Notes under the pieces: generated by a model | Told to the model about the DNA's origin: nothing | The model's input: only the letters and a program-made list of their open reading frames with translations | Databases searched by the model: none | Made by a program: the position numbers and the translations under genes | In this document: positions 1 through 13,942 of the stretch, piece by piece | Layout: each line of letters starts with the position of its first letter | How positions within the stretch are numbered: the first letter of the stretch is position 1 | Source of the DNA: Octopus sinensis | Lineage: Eukaryota | NCBI RefSeq assembly: GCF_006345805.1 | Contig: NC_043019.1 | Span: 28,767,360-28,831,359, forward strand | Reading direction: 5' to 3' | DNA length: 64,000 bases

Positions 1-54
1 GAGAAAATTCTATAGTTTGTAAGATATTTCGTCTGAAAATCCGAGCATTTCGGC

Positions 55-232
55 AATTTTAACCAATCGATTACCTCCATTGAGCTAAACAATTAAATTA
101 ATTTAACAATTAAGAAAAAAAAAAAAGGGTTAGGGTTAGGGTGAGGTTTAGGCTTAGTGACAGGATGTTGTCTCAGTTTTAGACGCAGCAAATGATTTTA
201 GCTCAATTAGAGGCGATTCATTGGTTAAAATT
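55..232. mobile_element. Fold-back/MITE-like element with a telomere-like (TTAGGG) spacer
   Basis: Imperfect inverted arms at 55-89 and 197-232; GGGTTAGGGTTAGGGTGAGG at 127-146. Confidence 0.5.
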
Positions 233-1111
233 CGAAAAATTAAACTACGTTAAACAAACGAATTACAATTTTATCAAGAAAGCCAAGAGAAAAAAATGTT
301 TTATTTTGACACATTTTACCAATATACGAAGTTTTAAAGTCTTTAGTTAACTAGAAATTGTGTGCCATTCAAAAGGAAAAGATCCAAAATATTTTTTGGA
401 ACACCTGAGTAGAGGTAGTATGGTTCAATCTAAACAATATGAGATTAATTACAGAAGAATATACGTTACTATTCCCAATGTAAGAATGGTACTTGGTCAA
501 GGAAAACCATCAACATTAAGGGGAATGTATGTTGTGACATGTCAATAAATACATATGATTGGGCCCGCCCAAGGCATTGATTTTCCCGGGGGTGGGTGTG
601 CTATAATGCTGTTAAAACAGACCTGTATTGATCCATTAATTGCATTATTAGTATCTTAAATATCAAAATCACAAATTTTTAGCCGGATCATTTGTTTTCG
701 GATGCATAGGAAATAACGTGATTCGTCTCTGAAGTCATGCTCAATCAATATAATGTCCAATCCAAAAGAACTGATATCTTTCCGTATGGTGTCAAACTGT
801 GGTCTGTACTTGACGTCAGCTAAGTGAGAATGATTTTGCCTCGGGAGGAAATGGATCCAAGCATGCTCTTCTCCTAAGTTAAATTTCTTTGTAGGCTGAA
901 TCAGAACATTAAGTTTTTAGGTGTACGATTAATTTTACAAAAGCTTTCTTCTCAATAGAGTAAGAAACGCGAAATCTAGAAAAAAAAATCTTCGTAAATT
1001 GTGTTGCTCGACGGAAGGACCACAAGACTGTGGCAGAGTTTCTTTGTAATGTTGGCTGGAATATTGGTTTTAGTTGTCAACATTAAAAATAATGAATATA
1101 TATGTCTCGAT

Positions 1112-1300
1112 TTCAAATTTTGGCATAAGGTAGCGATTTCGGAGGAAAGCTGATTACATCGATACCAGTGGTCAACGGTACTTATTTTATCGATCTCTGC
1201 TAGGATGAAAGGTAAACTCGATCTCGGCTAAATTTGAACTCAGACGGACGAAATACCGCTTAGCATTTTGCCCTGCGTGTTTAACCAGCTCGCCGCCTTA
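1112..1300 (-). mobile_element. SINE family B, diverged copy
   Basis: Reverse complement matches the family B head (aaggcggcgagctgg...ctgagttcaaatt) and the cctttcatcct...gataaaataagtacc core. Confidence 0.75.
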
Positions 1301-2760
1301 GATATACATGTAATATCATAATACTATATGTAGGGTGTTTTCAAGGAAAAATGTTCACGGAAAAAGTGAGCATAAACTACCCAGCAGGAAGCTGTTGGTT
1401 ACCCACTTCAAAGAGTTTGTACAGCTATAAGCACATCTTCATAAGTTGCGTGTTGTTCGACGTTAGTACCACAAAACTGGCAGAGTTTCTTTGAGGTGTC
1501 TGTTATTAATACTAAATATATATATAATGCCACGATGCATTGTAAGGTGTTTGAAGCTGTACATGTCATATATTGTTAACAAATAACTGACTTAAATTTT
1601 TTGTTTCATTGTCTTACACTTTAGTAATTGAATGAAAGAGTTTTTTTCCCCACACGTGTGTAATGCCATCATATATAAATTGTGTACGGGTCATGTACTG
1701 TCAGCTAAAAACTGATTTAAAACCATTTTTTTAAATATTACATTAATTGTATATAGTATTTAAATAAAACATGACTTTTTTAGCGATATTTTTTTTTCTA
1801 GCTAAAATTGTGAAATTTTTCTGTGACTTTATTTCCGAATATCCAAACACGTTTTTTTCTGCTGTGACACATTGTTGCACCTCAAACTCTATTTCTAGTG
1901 TATTTGGGCCAATTCTTCCTAGTATGTATCATTGTAGCTCGCAAATGTGGTGATGCTGAATGCTAAGCATGGTGGGATCGGTTGTCATCATTCTAAGACA
2001 TTTTACGTCATTATAATGGTTTCAAAATTCAGTAGAAGGCTAGTAATTTTAAGGAAGTAGCTAAGTAGATTACATCAAATGGATGAAAAGTAAAGTCAAC
2101 CTCAAGCGGATTTTGAACGCAAAACTCAAGAGCCGAAAGAAATGCTTGTAACCATTTGTTCAACTCTACGGGCTCGTCGCCTTCGTTATCATTGTAATGT
2201 ATACTTATTCAACTTTTAATAATGTAGTCTCGATGAATTTGAAATGTGTCTTTCAGTGTAAGACAGATAAATGATTGCCTTCGTTGTTTCATAATCTGGT
2301 TGTTAAACCAACGGAAGATAGAATCGACATTGTGTCTCACAACAGTTGGAATTAACTCAATTCATAACACCATGTACAGTATTATCACTTTGACAGCAGA
2401 CGGAAACTGTGTTGATAAAAGTCTTGTTGAATCGGGCGCCATTATCGTTGTCGTCGTTGTTCTAACGTTCACTTTTCCATACTTGCATAGATAGGCCAGA
2501 ATTTGTTGAGGTGAATTTTCTATGGCCAGATACCTTTCTTGATGTCTGCCCTCACCTGTTTCCAAGCAAAATAGTATTTCCCCGTGGCCAGACATGTCTT
2601 AAAAGATTGGAAATGAAGGACACCGCTTGCATGACAGTGACTATTATCGTGAAATGTCAAAGCAAGGAGACGATAGCAAATACACATACACACATATCTG
2701 TCTGTCTCTATCTATCGTCGTAGATTACAGGCTCAGCATCCTGAAGTTATTCTTCATCAC

Positions 2761-3040
2761 AACCCTTTTGTTACCAAATTTCTGTTGAAATACACTACCA
2801 TCGTTTTGATTAATTTTGAAAATAACAAAGAATTTAGTAGAATAATTTTGGTCATTATTAAATTGGTTTTTGAAACATGAATTAACATGAAATTTTAACG
2901 AAAGGTTTAAGTTTGGATCATTTTAAAACAGTAAGTTTTGTCACATAGAAGCAGGGACAGTTCTGGGATCATTTTAAAACAGTAAGTTTTGTGGTCATAG
3001 AAGCAGGGACAGTTTTGGGTGAGTTGGTATCAAGAGTTAA
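2761..3040. mobile_element. Old piggyBac-type MITE with an internal ~51-bp tandem duplication
   Basis: Ends aaccctttt...gagttaa; similar to 16134-16363; ggatcattttaaaacagtaagttttg...agaagcagggacagtt occurs twice. Confidence 0.6.
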
Positions 3041-4044
3041 TATTAGTTTTTGATAGAAATGTTCTTCTCCTTCTAACCACTTCCACCTCCTGCTTCTTGT
3101 TATCAACACAAAAGATATTTAAGGAATGTAAACGAGTAAAGACGGCAAAGTACTTAAATAATATGAACAGGAAGGTTTCTGTGTTTGAATTGCGGAAATG
3201 TCTACTTAATGAATGATGCATGTTATTTGGCAAAAAGCTCTTTTTCTTTCTTTTCCTTTCTTTTATTGTGGGTCAGTCGGGGTCTCTGAAACTTATGTGA
3301 GAAAGCTATCTTCCAATCAGAGGCCTGACTTTGAAACTCTGGCCATTGGGAAATATTACTTTACATAGAAACAGGTGAGAGTTGGTGACAGGAAGGGCAT
3401 CCAGCTGTAAAAAATCTAACTCGATAATCTCGATCCAGATGGACAAATGGCAGAGTTGACCTTTATGGAATTTCAGTTCAGTTAAATAGTGCAAGACATT
3501 TTGTCTAACATTCTAATCATCATCATCATCGTCATTATCATCATCCCAACCACCACATTCACTACCACCAACACCAACACCATCACCATCACTACCACCA
3601 CCAACAACAACACCATCACCACCACCACCACCACCATCATCATTTAACATCTGCTTTCCACACTGATATGGGGTGGATAGTTTGACATGGAACTGAAGAG
3701 CTGCAAGGCTGTATCAAGCTCCAGTGTTTTTTTTTTCTTGGCATGGTTTCTATGGCTGGACAGCCTTCCTAATGCCATCCACTTTATAGAATGTAGTGGG
3801 TGCTTTCTATGTGCTACCAGCACTTGTGAGATTGCCATGAAACTTGCAGCACATAAAAGAACAGAAAGGGAAAAAAGCTCCCACTACTAAGGGGAGAGGT
3901 TTGGAGGTGAGAGGCTTTTTGCCAGGTGCTGAAAGGCTAACCTATGATAAAAAATAAGGACAGGTGTGTTGCTTTAGAGGGGATAGATAGCTTGTGAATT
4001 ATATAATAAAACAAATGCAATATGTATTTTTTTACAGTATAGAT

Positions 4045-4422
4045 GCAGATGTGGCTGTGTAGTAAAAAGTTTGCTTCCCAACCATGTGGCTCCAGGTTCA
4101 GTCCCACTGCATGGCACTTTGAGCTTGTGTCTTCTATTATAGCCTTGGGTTGATCAAGGCCTCGTGAGTGGATTTGGTAGACAGAAACTGAAACAAGCCC
4201 ATCATATAAGTATATATACATATGTGTGTGTGTGTTGGTGTATTTACATCCCTGTAACATAGCAGTTCAGCAAACAAAGAATGATTGAATTAGAACCAGG
4301 CTTAACATAAATAAGAAGTAAGTACTGGGATCGATTCATTCAACTAAAAATTCTTCAAGGTAGTGCCCCAGCATGGTCACAGTGTAATAACTGAAACAAG
4401 TAAAAGATAAAGGATAAAAGAT
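4045..4422 (+). mobile_element. SINE family A (tRNA-like head, CORE-like accttgggcaagt region, internal TA/TG microsatellite), diverged
   Basis: Similar to 4708-5103; tail gaaacaagtaaaagat. Confidence 0.75.
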
Positions 4423-4449
4423 GTGTTTTGTGTATACATTATTTACTGT

Positions 4450-4700
4450 GTGGAGGCGCGTGGCTTAGTGGTTAGGGTGTTGAACTCATGATCGTAAGGT
4501 TGTGGTTTTGATTCCTGGACCAGGCAATGCGTTGTGTTCTTGAGCAAAACACTTCATTTTCACGTTGCTCCAGTCCACTCAGCTGGCAAAAATGAGTAAT
4601 CCTGCAACGGACCGGCGTCCTATCCAGGTGGAGAATTTCTATGCCACTGAAACTAGGAAACTGGCCCTTATGAGCCTGGCATGGCTCGAGAAAGAACGTT
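4450..4700 (+). mobile_element. SINE family C (tRNA-derived head)
   Basis: A-box-like gtggcttagtgg and B-box-like ttgattcc; related to 11069, 29490 and 47024. Confidence 0.7.
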
Positions 4701-4707
4701 TTTTTTT

Positions 4708-5103
4708 GTGACTGTGTGGTAAGTAGCTTGCTTACCAGCCACATGGTTTCAGGTTCAGTCCCACTGCATGGCACCTTGGGCAAGTGTCTTCTACTATAGC
4801 CTCGGGCCGACCAAAGCCTTGTGAGTGGATTTGGTAGACGGAAACTGAAAGAAGCCCGTCATATATATGTATGTGTATGTATATGTGTGTGTGTGTTTGC
4901 GTGTCTGCATTTGTCCCCCCACCCAACATCTCTTGACAACTGATGCTGGTGTGTTTACGTCCCCGTAACTTAGCAGTTAGGCAAAAGAGACCGATAGAAT
5001 AAGTACTAGGCTTACACAGAATAAGTCATGGGGTCGATTTGCTCGACTAAAGGCAGTGCTCCAGCATGGCCGCAGTCAAATGACTGAAACAAGTAAAAGA
5101 GTA
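4708..5103 (+). mobile_element. SINE family A, full length
   Basis: gtgtggtaagtagcttgc...ggttcagtccc...accttgggcaagtg...(TA/TG)n...tgactgaaacaagtaaaagag; many near-identical copies in the window. Confidence 0.9.
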
Positions 5104-5179
5104 GTTATTCAAATACAGTATGTTTTGTGTAACCCAACAAAACTTTTCGTACCTAAAAACCAGTAATATACTTTGTCCC

Positions 5180-5570
5180 TCCTCTTAACTAAATTTTACA
5201 TTTTTTTGTATTTAAGTACAATGTTTTTCTCTCCTTCCCACTTTTAACCTTCGTTTTTTTACATTGAACTTCTCACATTAAACACAAGTAAATACAGCAC
5301 TGATGTTCCACCCAGTGCAAGTAAATTTGTTTTATCGGCATATATCACCGTGTCAATCATTTTACTTACCCCCCTGTGAGGTTTTTCAATTACCTCTGAT
5401 ACCATTCAGTTACGCAAGCTGAGCCACATATCTATGTCCACCTAATGACTTACGTAAACATTTCAAATTACTCAATGACATTTTAGGTTTATGTAGGTCA
5501 GGTTAATAAGGATTTAATTAGGTCAATTTCAATTGAAATTGGTTCATAGCATTCATTTGCTGCTTCTTTC
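5180..5570 (-). mobile_element. Highly decayed L2/Crack-like reverse transcriptase fragment
   Basis: Minus-strand relics IDLIKS (DLSKAF-like), NGIRG, VIYADKT (YADD-like) and FNVKKTKV, with stops and frameshifts. Confidence 0.45.
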
Positions 5571-5994
5571 TGACCCATCTTTTTAACGAATTTTATCTGC
5601 TCTGAAAGTTATAGACACAGGTGTGGCTTTGTGGTAAGAAGTTTGCTCTCCCAGCTATTTGGTGGTTCCTGGTTCAGTCGCATTGTGCTGCACCTTGGCC
5701 AAGTGTCTTCTATTATAGCCCTGGGCCAGTGGACTTGGTAAATGGAATCTAAAAGAAGACCAAAGAGAAGGCAAAACATGAGGAACAAAAGGTCATTGAA
5801 GAGGTTGCAGGATGTGTGATGAAAGAACTCTGGACAAATAAACTGATAATAATGATAAAGCTAAAGCTAAGATCAAATAAATACTTTATTGGCAAAAAAA
5901 AATTTTTTTAAATGACTATTACTATATATTTTGTTTCAAAGCGCAATTTCACATCAAGAAACTTACAATACAAATACATAAACCTAAAATATAA

Positions 5995-6305
<311 letters not shown>

Positions 6306-6306
6306 A

Positions 6307-7152
6307 CAGGGTATGGTGAATGTATTGTCTAAATTACACAAAAATGAAAATAACGATGACATATCATTTAAAAATATCTTGAAATACTAAAGAGTAAATA
6401 TATTCAATAAAATCACCATTGGCTTCAACCACAGCCTCCAGACGACTTCAGAATCTCTTGCAGCTCTTCTGGACAGTCTCCTTGTTTAAGTTGGTGAATG
6501 CTGCCATAATCCTTGCCTTCAGTTCATCTTTTGTGTTACGAGGAGTTTTGTTGGTCTCTCGCTCAACTGCATCCCACACATAATAATCAGGGGGGTTGCA
6601 GTCTGGGGAGTTATGTGGCCAGTTGTTATGGGTGATGTGGTTACAGAAATTGTCTGACAGCCATAACTGGGTTCTCCTGCTTGTGTGGCATGGTGCAAAG
6701 TCCTGTTGCTAGATACAAGGTCTTCTAACAGCTATCCTCTTGACCCAGGTCAACACTACCTCCTCCAGGCACTTGATGTAGACCTCTGTGTTGAGTGTGA
6801 GAAGATGAATGGAGGCATAACGTCGCCATCACTAGCGATCACTCCAAACACCATGATGTTGACTGGATGTTTGATTTTTATCACTCTTGGTGCATGTTCT
6901 CAGATTGCACTGTCCACAGATTGACACTCAAACACTCTGAAATGTTCGTATTGGAGCTTCATGCACAAATGCTAAGCAGTACAGCATGTTGTTTCCAAAT
7001 TTCTGGCAGAGTGAATTGCGTGATGGTGCTGTTTGTCTCTCAGATGGTCTCCAACTGACCCTACTATACTGTGTAGGTGACAAAATTAAAAGTAAACAAT
7101 GAGCATGCATGAAATTTAAAATATAGAATAGTGACAATTACCCATTACACTG
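6307..7152 (-). mobile_element. Internally deleted Tc1/mariner-superfamily (maT-like) transposon relic
   Basis: Minus strand encodes WPHNSPDCNP/DYYVWDAVERETNKTPRNTKDELKARIMAAF...RLEAVVEANGDFIE with a frameshift; imperfect TIRs cagggtatggtg / cccattacactg. Confidence 0.8.
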
Positions 7153-7457
7153 TGAGTCGAACCAGGGGCAGCTGATGAAGGGGAATATTCCTTGTATTGT
7201 TTGTCTTATACTCTGTTTTTTCGTTGTTAAAAAAAAGTCCGTTTCCTTGTTTGTTTTTATGTTTTCGTTTCTCGTTGTGTTCTACGTTTATTTGTGGTGT
7301 CCTGTACTCTTATATATATATATATATGCATGTATATATACATATAGATGTAGGTATGTACATATATGTATGTATGAATGCATATGTTTTATTTGTTAAA
7401 TTGTTATTATATGATTGAACGCCTCGCGTCACTTTCTTATTTCTCCAAGTAAGTTTT

Positions 7458-7509
<52 letters not shown>

Positions 7510-7860
7510 AATGGCTTGGTTTTTCTATCAAATGTCTGTTGCTCTCACCAAAATTTTGAAAATTAAAATTAAGAAATTGTTCTGCATCACTTTTATGTAC
7601 TAGTACCAACAGGACCCCTACACTTGAGACAGTTATCATTTTTCTCAAAGAGGAACTCAAGTTTTCTACTTTGATGGAAGTCAGGTGTATTTGTGAAATT
7701 TCATTCAGAATAAACCCAATAATTTTAGTTCATCATGATGAAATTGAAGAAATGCTTAAGCCTCATTTTGCAAGAGTTGGAAAATCTGATGGATGGACTG
7801 ATATGTTACCAAAAACATCATTTTTTCAGGGCAGTTTAGGGGTAAGCTTGTTTGATGAAA

Positions 7861-8832
7861 TTAACCATTTTACTGCAGAAATCAGATATATCCTATCAAA
7901 ATTTCATTACCCTTAACTGCAGAAAGCAGTTCCATACACCAATCTATCTTCTGTTGAGGAATGTTACGTTGGAAACTATTTTCTGTTTGAGATATGTCAA
8001 GTTTATTGGGGCAATGTGACTTGCAGAAAATACCAATCCTGATTTTTTAAAAAGATATTTAACATCATTACTGGCATAAACATGTAATTTAATTTCATAG
8101 TGAAAGGGTTAAGGGACCTTGTCAAACCTGTGATCAAAGACACTTCAACCATGACTGTCCTACTTTTTTTTTTTACTAGTTACACTAAATTCAAGACCAC
8201 ATGATCCAATGTCTCCCATTTTTACTTGAACCCTTTTACTGCAGAAATCAGATATATCCTATCAAAATTTCATTACCCTTAACTGCAGAAAGCAGTTTTA
8301 TTCACCAATCTATCTTTTGTTGAGGAATGTCATGCTCGAAACTAATTTTTTGTTGAGATATGTCAAGTTAATTGAGGCAACACAACTTGCAGAAAATACC
8401 AATTTTATTTTTTGGTAGGTATTTAACATCATTACTGGAATAACCGAGGAATTTAATTTCACAATGAACAGGTTAAAGGTCCTTAACCTGTGATCAAAGA
8501 CATTCCAACCATGACTGTCCTACTTTTTTTCCAGACACACAGAATTCAGGACCACATGATCCAATGTCTCCTATTTTTACATTAACCCTTTTACAGCTGA
8601 AATCAGATATATCCACTCAAAATTTCTTTACCCTTAATTGCAGAAAGTAGTTTTATTCACCAATCTATCTTTTGTTGAGGAATGTCATGCTTGAAACTAA
8701 TTTTTTGTTGCGATATGTCATGGTTATTGAGGCAACAGGACTTGCATAAAATACCAATTCTATTTTTTGGAAGATATTTGACATCATTCACTGGAATAAC
8801 CCTGAAATTTAATTTTACAGTTGAAGGGTTAA
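7861..8832. repeat. Three tandem copies of a ~250-bp TTAA-flanked piggyBac-type MITE with a ~110-bp spacer
   Basis: Units at 7861-8112, 8227-8476 and 8582-8832, each (T)TAACC(C)TTT...A(A/G)GGTTAA; the two spacers are homologous; period about 360 bp. Confidence 0.85.
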
Positions 8833-9151
8833 GAAGTATGAATCTGATACGTCATCATATAAAAAGGGCTCCTGATTATTATGGTGACACTGACTGTAAC
8901 AATAAAAATTAAAGTAAAAATAGCAGCAAATATATTAAATGTTAATCTTTAATTTACCGTTTCCTCATAAATACTACACGTTTTTATGGATTAGTCAGAA
9001 GAAGGAAGGCAGCACCAATGAGTATTTCAGGGCCTCTATGACTGACGGGGAGAGGGAATTATCTATGTGGCCTAAATACTTACAACAGAATGGATTCCAA
9101 GGGTCATTTTGATGCTGTTAAATTGGGCAATGGGTTAAGTCTAGTTCCTAT

Positions 9152-9550
9152 ACTCTTTTACTCTTTTCAGTCATTTGACTGCGGCCATGCTGGAGCACCG
9201 CCTTTAGTCGAGCAAATCAACCCCGGGACTTATTCTTTGTAAGCCCAGTACTTATTCTATCGGGCTCTTTTGCCGACCGCTAAGTGACGGGGACTAAACA
9301 CAACAACCGGCATCGGTTGTCAAGCAATGCTAGGGGGACAAACACAGACACCAACACACACACACATACATATATATATACATATATACATATATACGAC
9401 AGGCTTCTTTCAGTTTCCGTCTACCAAATCCACTCACAAGGCATTGGTCGGCCCGGGGCTATAGCAGAAGACACTTGCCCAAGATGCCACGCAGTGGGAC
9501 TGAACCCGGGACCATGTTGCTGGTTAGCAAGCTTACCACACAGCCACTCT
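9152..9550 (-). mobile_element. SINE family A
   Basis: Reverse complement of 4708-5103. Confidence 0.9.
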
Positions 9551-11068
9551 TAGTCTTTTTCACCATAGCTTGTTGAACAAAAGTTTTACTACAAAAGTTG
9601 CTTGTTATAAAAAAAAATAATAATAATAAATTATCATTCTAATATATTTTAAAACAACACATTCGAATTTCAATAACAAATTATATGTTACATCTTCAAA
9701 GAGAAGCGAGGTATAAAAGCATTCAAGAGAAGAGCAGGAATAAATCCATTGAAATCTCAAAAGCATTGGCTAAATAGAAACAATCTTCTGACATAATTGT
9801 GATCCAGTTCTTGTAGATATACTTTAACAATATCACTGTGTATACCAGCAACAACAGTGTCACACATGAGCTGTTGTTTGTGATTCAGTATAGAAATAAG
9901 TTTGCATTCACATTTCTTAGCAAATAATTTGAGTCTTTCAGAGTAATCATTAGCTGTCTCATCTGATATCTGTTTAAAATGTCAGTAATTGGTGCCTTTC
10001 ACAAAAAGAACTTATGTAGGTCAAGCTAAAGAGGAACGGGGGGGGGGGCTCTATCTTACCATTCAACTTGCTAGAAATAGTAGCTAAACCTCCCTTAAAT
10101 CATACGTACTACCAAATTAAAAACATGAAAGATACAGTAGATGATGTAATCAAATAATTCTGAAAACAACCGAAAATTTGGAAAGATTTACAAAATAGCT
10201 ATTTTTTTTATTATTAAACTGGAGTTTGGAACATCACTGAATGAAAAGTTCTTACATAAGATAATGATGGACGGTATTAATTTAAGAATGGGAGGTTTTA
10301 ATTTAAGAACACTTGAAAATAGTGCCTATTTTGTTTTCCAATAAATTTCAATTCCATTTTCTCATAAATACAAAATGGAAAGTGAAAGTTCCGAGCAACA
10401 AATAACAGCGTAGATACCTATGTAACGAAAAACTATGATTAAACATAGTATTAAAGGTTACATGATGAAGGACACTTGAAATGGAATATTAATTGTGCCT
10501 AAAATGCTGAAAGATTACAATGCTACTAAAATTGGATTATCAAGATATAAATTTATGTGACTGAAAAACCAATTTTTATACAGTTTGTCTGTTGGTTATA
10601 CGATTGCCTGCAGAAATCTAAAAGTTAATAAATCAGCTTGATCATAAACGCAACTATGATGCATCCAACTCTGATTGCTTTGTTTGGAAATGCAGAAGAA
10701 ATTAACTTAATTCTATGAAGCCAAATCAAAACACAGAATATAAGGGTTGGTATTTTACAAACATTTATTGAATAACATGCGAAAAAACCTTCAGTTAGTT
10801 AGCTATTTGAGTGTTGGACTGAGTCTTAAAGGATAAACTAGTTAATCTATTTATCTTTGCAAGGCAGATTAATAATGTTGGTAATATTGATCAATTTTCT
10901 CTTCATATTTCAATCATCTAAAGATGCTTTCAAATATGATTATTGGTCTTGTTTCATTAAGTGCTGGAAAGGCTTTTATAATAGGTTGCTGTCACAGATA
11001 TGGTTGCCAATTGACTCGTTCATGATCAGTGTAATATAGTCAATTTTGATTTAAGTTTGTGCGTATGA

Positions 11069-11375
11069 GTGGAGGCACAATGGCCCAGTGATTAGGGCAG
11101 CAGACTCGCGGTTGGAGGATCGCGGTTTCGATTCCCAGATTGGGTGTTGTGTGTGTTTATTGAGCGAAAATACCCAAAAGCTCCATGAGGCTCTGGCATG
11201 GGCTGGTGGCAACCCCTGTTGTACTCTTTCGCCACAACTTTCTCTCACTCTCTCTCTTCCTGTTTCTTGAGTAACGTTGCGATGGACTGGTGCCTCGTCC
11301 AGCTGGGGGGAACACATACACCACTGAAACCGGGCCCATGAGCCTGGCTAGGATTGAAAAGGGTGACGTTTTTTT
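11069..11375 (+). mobile_element. SINE family C
   Basis: gtggaggcacaatggcccagtg...ggtttcgattccc tRNA-like head; body shared with 47024-47406. Confidence 0.8.
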
Positions 11376-11557
11376 TTTGTGCGTTGAGGCAAAAATCATT
11401 GATTAATTTTGGAAGTATCAGAAAAATAGGTAAAGTCAAGACTAACTGGTAAGCTTGGCTGTTGTGAAGACTGAACAGGTTTTGGGAACATAAACCGACA
11501 CAGTTCCTTAAGCAGTGTTGGGGGACAGACACAAACACAAAGATACGCACACACAGA

Positions 11558-12275
11558 CTCTTACTCTTTTACTTGTTTCAGTCATTTGACTGTGGCCATG
11601 CTGGAGCATCGCCTTTAGTCGAGCAAATCGACCCCAGGGTTTATTCTTTTTTAAGCCTAGTACTTATTCTATCGGTCTATTTTACTGAACCGCTAAGTTA
11701 CGGGGGCGTAAACACACCAGCATCGGTTGTCAAGCGATGTTGGGGGGACAAACACAGACTCACAAATATATACGTTTGTTATTTCTTTATTGCCTACACA
11801 AGGGGCTAAACATAGAGGGGATAAATAAGGACAGACAAAGAGATTAAGTCGATTACATCGATCCCAGTGCGTAACTGGTACTTAAGTTATCGACCCCGAA
11901 AGGATGAAAGGCAAAATCGACCTTAGTGGAATTTGAACTCAGAACGTAACAACAGATGAAATACCAGCATGCTAACATTTCTGCCAGCTCGCCACCTTAA
12001 GTTTTACATCTATTTGTACACACAAGACACATCATATATAAGTGTGTGTGTGGGTGTATGTCTTTGTGGTTGTGTTGTGTTTGTCTACCACCATTGCTTG
12101 GAAACCAGTGTTGGTTTGTTTACATTTCCGTAACTTAACAGTTTGGTAAAAGTGACCAGTAAAATAAGTACCAAAAATGAAATAAGTATGAAGTCAATTT
12201 GTTTGACTAAAACTTTGGCGGCAGTGCCCCAGCATGACCACAGTCCAATGACTGAAACAAGAAAAAGATAAAAGA
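11558..12275. mobile_element. Cluster: family A 3' half (-), family B (-, 11779-11999), family A 3' half (+)
   Basis: Matches to other copies in the window. Confidence 0.8.
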
Positions 12276-12499
12276 CATCAGATACATCTATATTCTTTGA
12301 AGATAATTATTCTTTTAAACTTATCTTATGTAAAAAATAAGAAATTACTTCCTTGGTCTTTAGAACTTTACCATGGACCACCAAAACTTTGGAATGGATC
12401 AATGGTGGTCCAATCGGACCACACTGTGTGTATCACTACCAGAGAGTGAAGAAGATCCATAAGTTTTTTTAATTTTTATTACTGCCCACCACAACAGAA

Positions 12500-12790
12500 T
12501 TGAGATCCTAAAACCAAGGCTCCATGTAAAAAGCTTTGGTGTACTTGTGCCATGTAAAAAGCACTGGTGCTGGTGCCACATAAAAGACACTGGTGATGGT
12601 ACCACATAGAGAGTACCCAGTGTTAGAAACTCTTCTACAGCTGTAGAAACCAAGCCAAAACAGATTATGGAACCACCTGGTGTGGCTCCTGGTCTTGCCA
12701 GTTTGTGTCAAGCCATCCAACCATGCCATCATGGAGAATGGACATCAAATGATGATGATGATGATGATGATGATAACGGTGATGATAATT
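12500..12790 (+). mobile_element. Family D short element (RTE-LINE 3' tail, (GAT)n end)
   Basis: cagctgtagaaacc...ccatccaaccatgccatcatgg...(gat)n. Confidence 0.7.
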
Positions 12791-13902
12791 TGATCTCCAG
12801 TGTTCCACAAACTCAAACAGAACGAAAACCATCAATATATAAAAGATTCTTCCTCATTGGCCCACTGGCTGGGCAAAGGTGATTACATATACAGCGTGTT
12901 TAAATTAGTTATCTAGCACTATCTGACTGTTAACAACGCTATACAGATAGCAATTGAGTAAAAGAAAAAAAAAACAAAAACAAAACAAATGTTATACAAG
13001 CCACTGTTTTAACATATAAAGGGTAATCAAAACAAAAAACAAAAAAACAAAAAGGACAGCTGCTGGCTCAGTTAAACCGTGTCAAGAGTTCCTTCTGTGC
13101 TCCGATTTGTCACAACTGTCAGTGCTGTGACTTGAACTGTAAAATAATTTCGGTGGAGGTCAAGGTTATTTTCAAAGATAATAATAGATCTGACTAATTA
13201 CATCATTAATGAAAGCTGAAGCATTATAATACTGACCTATCATACCAACTTAACAGAACTGGGTGTTGTTTTTAACTAGAGTTATTCACAAGACTGAATA
13301 ACTGAATAGAGCCAAAAGACTCACAAAGAATTTTTTTTTTCAAATAAAAAAAATAAAAATAAATTCATGGCTGTGTGGTTAGCAGTTTGTTTCCCAACCA
13401 CACGGTTCTTGGTTTAGTCCCGCTGTGTGGTAACTTCGCATGTGTCTTCTGCTACAGCCTCAGACCAACCAAAGCCTTGTCAGTGGATTTTGTAGACGGA
13501 AACTGAAAGAAATCAATCGTATATATATGTATGTAGATATGTAAGTGCATGTGTGTGTCTTTGTTTCTCCCTCATCACTGCTCCAAAACTGCTGTTCATT
13601 TGTATACATCCCTATAACTTACTGGTTTCACAAGAAGAAACTGATAGAATAAGTACCTGGCTTATCAAAAGAAAAAAAAAAACACTCGGTAGTGTCTCAT
13701 ATTTTTGTTTGCCCACTCAGTTGTATCTATCAATTTATCTTTTTTTTTGTGTATATATATATATATACTCAGAATAAGCAACAAGAATGACTCCGGTTAT
13801 TTTGATTATAATCACCCTACGGATTTTTATGGATAACACCATACAAAATTCTGGTGCATCTAAATTAAGTACCATATTCATTTGAATCTAAATTTTTTGC
13901 TG

Positions 13903-13942
<40 letters not shown>

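Noticed and set aside
127-157. Telomere
   Set aside because: Only 2 perfect TTAGGG units, internal to a repeat element.
7560-7860. ORF 7671-7916, possibly a DNA-transposon relic
   Set aside because: No diagnostic motif that I can name with confidence.
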